This document shows, one piece after another, positions 62,241 through 64,000 of a stretch of 64,000 bases of DNA. The position numbers and the translations under genes were made by a program. Source of the stretch: Camelus ferus (taxonomy: Eukaryota); assembly GCF_009834535.1 (NCBI RefSeq), contig NC_045696.1, forward strand, positions 76,882,001-76,946,000, given 5' to 3'. Numbering within the stretch: position 1 is the stretch's first letter; each line of letters begins with the position of its first letter. The notes beneath the pieces are model-generated. The model made no database searches, was not told the origin of the DNA, and worked only from the letters and a program-made list of their open reading frames with translations.

Positions 62241-64000
62241 CACTGTGCTCCAGCTGTGTGCCAACTGCTGGACCCTTCAGATGAGTACGGCACGGCATCT
62301 GCCCTCACAGCCCATAATTTGATGGGGGGCACCTTAATGGTTCCACAAACAACAATTCTAAACCACATACATATGCTGTGCTAACTATGGTTGAAAAGCA
62401 ATTTGCTGGAGAGAGGAATTCCAGTAGCAGGATATGAGAAAGCCCTTTGAGCCCTTAGCGCTTGGGCTCACCCTCACTTGGATGATGGAGGGAGAGATTT
62501 TAGTAGGTGCTGTCATGACAGGAGGATATGACAGATAGAAGGGGCAGCTGAGATAAAACCCTGGTGGCAGGGAATTGAACAGATTCAGGGAACACAGGGT
62601 AAATCAGGTAACAAGACTGCAGGGCTGAATGAAGTTAGAATCGTTTGTACGTGAAGAGAGTCCGGGATCTTTGTTTACATTTATTTATTCCTGGCACGGG
62701 AATGCAAATCTTTCTTGCATAATGAAATCTTGACTTAGATCTTCTCCTTCTTATCATCCGCCCCATTCTGTTTGTCCTTTCTCTCCCCTCAAGCTTCTGC
62801 TTTTCTGGTATAAAGACTGATTGTAATTCTCCTCTAATAGAAGACTACTGGAAACTGACAAGGAGGGACTAAAAGATTGTGTAATCAAAGGCAATAAAAA
62901 GATTCGCTTGAATGGGTGCCTAGCTCACTTCCCAAAGCATGCTCTTCTGCAAATACAAAATAATGTGTGGCTCCTCTAACGTGCCGGGCAATGTGCATTA
63001 TCCTATCTGTCTTCCTTTATCACTTAAGTTCACTCCATAGGTAACCACTATTTTAAATCCATCTTTCTTTACTCAAACCATTTTCTCTTTAACTGGAACA
63101 AAGGAATCTAAGCTTAGAGCTTCCTGCGAACAGCATGAAAACCTTTTAAGTTACACAGCGTTGGTGGGTTTTCACCCCTTCTAAGTACAATACATATGCT
63201 ATCCCTGGGGTTCACTTAATGCTTCCTTACTGATGATAAAACTGCCGCTTGGCATGGACGAGGGCCCAGCACACTGCATCACTGTGCACTCTCGTTCAGA
63301 TTGCAGTCTAACCAGCGAAGCCGAAATGGAAAGTCTAAGCCCCGGATCCTGGAGGCACAGAGCATAGTAAATGTTGCGCTTGCTAATGTTTCTTCTCTTG
63401 AATGTGAAATGCACTTGCTAATGCCTCCAGATCCCAATGTCCTAAGTGGTCGGGTGAGTCTGAATTGTGTACCATGGACAAGCCACAGAGGGCTCAGGGG
63501 AGAGACTTTGAAAGGGAAAATGATGTGATTGCTGAACTCCTCCACCTCCAAGAGAGTCCTTAACAGGAAAACCTGCCTGCTCTGGGTGGGAATGAAGTTA
63601 CCATTCTTTTGCTTGTCCTTTCTGAAAACAAGCCTAGCAGCCAGCCTGCTGTTCTTGTGTTGGTTGCATATACAACTTTATGTACGAGAAATTTGACAAG
63701 AAGTGTTATTAAATGAACAGAAAGGACCTTGGATTGGCTTGCTCAGAGCCAAGAAAACAAAACAGATGGAGCAAAATCATGTATTATGCCACCAACTATT
63801 AGTGCAACCGACTTGACCGCTTCCCATATTGTTTTCGTATCTGACAGTACGGTGATTTATAATTTAGAAAATGCTTTCACCCACTTTATTTTGACTGAGT
63901 CTTGCAAACATATCAGGGGAGAGGCCAGGCAGAGATATTATTTCCATGGGACTGATGGGGAAACAGGCATAGAAATAATTGAATGGTCCAAAGTCACGTA

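Noticed and set aside
1..64000. CRISPR arrays, operons, rRNA/tRNA genes or other prokaryote-type systems
   Set aside because: The sequence is mammalian and repeat-rich; no repeat-spacer arrays or structural RNA genes were recognised.

Overview
This is mammalian (eutherian) genomic DNA, AT-rich and repeat-dense. I could not identify any host protein-coding exon, so it is probably intronic or intergenic. The lineage-specific L1 3' ends resemble cetartiodactyl L1s, probably camelid (recalled resemblance, not a database result). The dominant feature is a ~13.5 kb nested L1 stack at 2.25-15.7 kb. At its centre is a young full-length L1 (5240-12335) with an 18-bp TSD, a CpG-rich 5'UTR, ORF1 and ORF2 broken only by small indels, and an endonuclease catalytic His changed to Arg. 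Further along are several 5'-truncated L1s with TSDs, an inverted (twin-priming-like) L1, and an L1 whose 5'UTR is joined directly to late ORF2 at a CAG, which may be a spliced integrant. A Tigger13-like DNA transposon still carries a readable pogo/CENP-B-type transposase helix-turn-helix segment. The rest is ancient MIR, L2, MaLR and MER5/Tigger remnants plus a few candidate regulatory motifs. Repeat family names come from recalled consensus sequences and boundaries of old repeats are approximate. Almost all short ORFs in the track are noise or repeat-derived. I found no convincing wholly novel biological system; the best leads concern retroelement and transposon biology.
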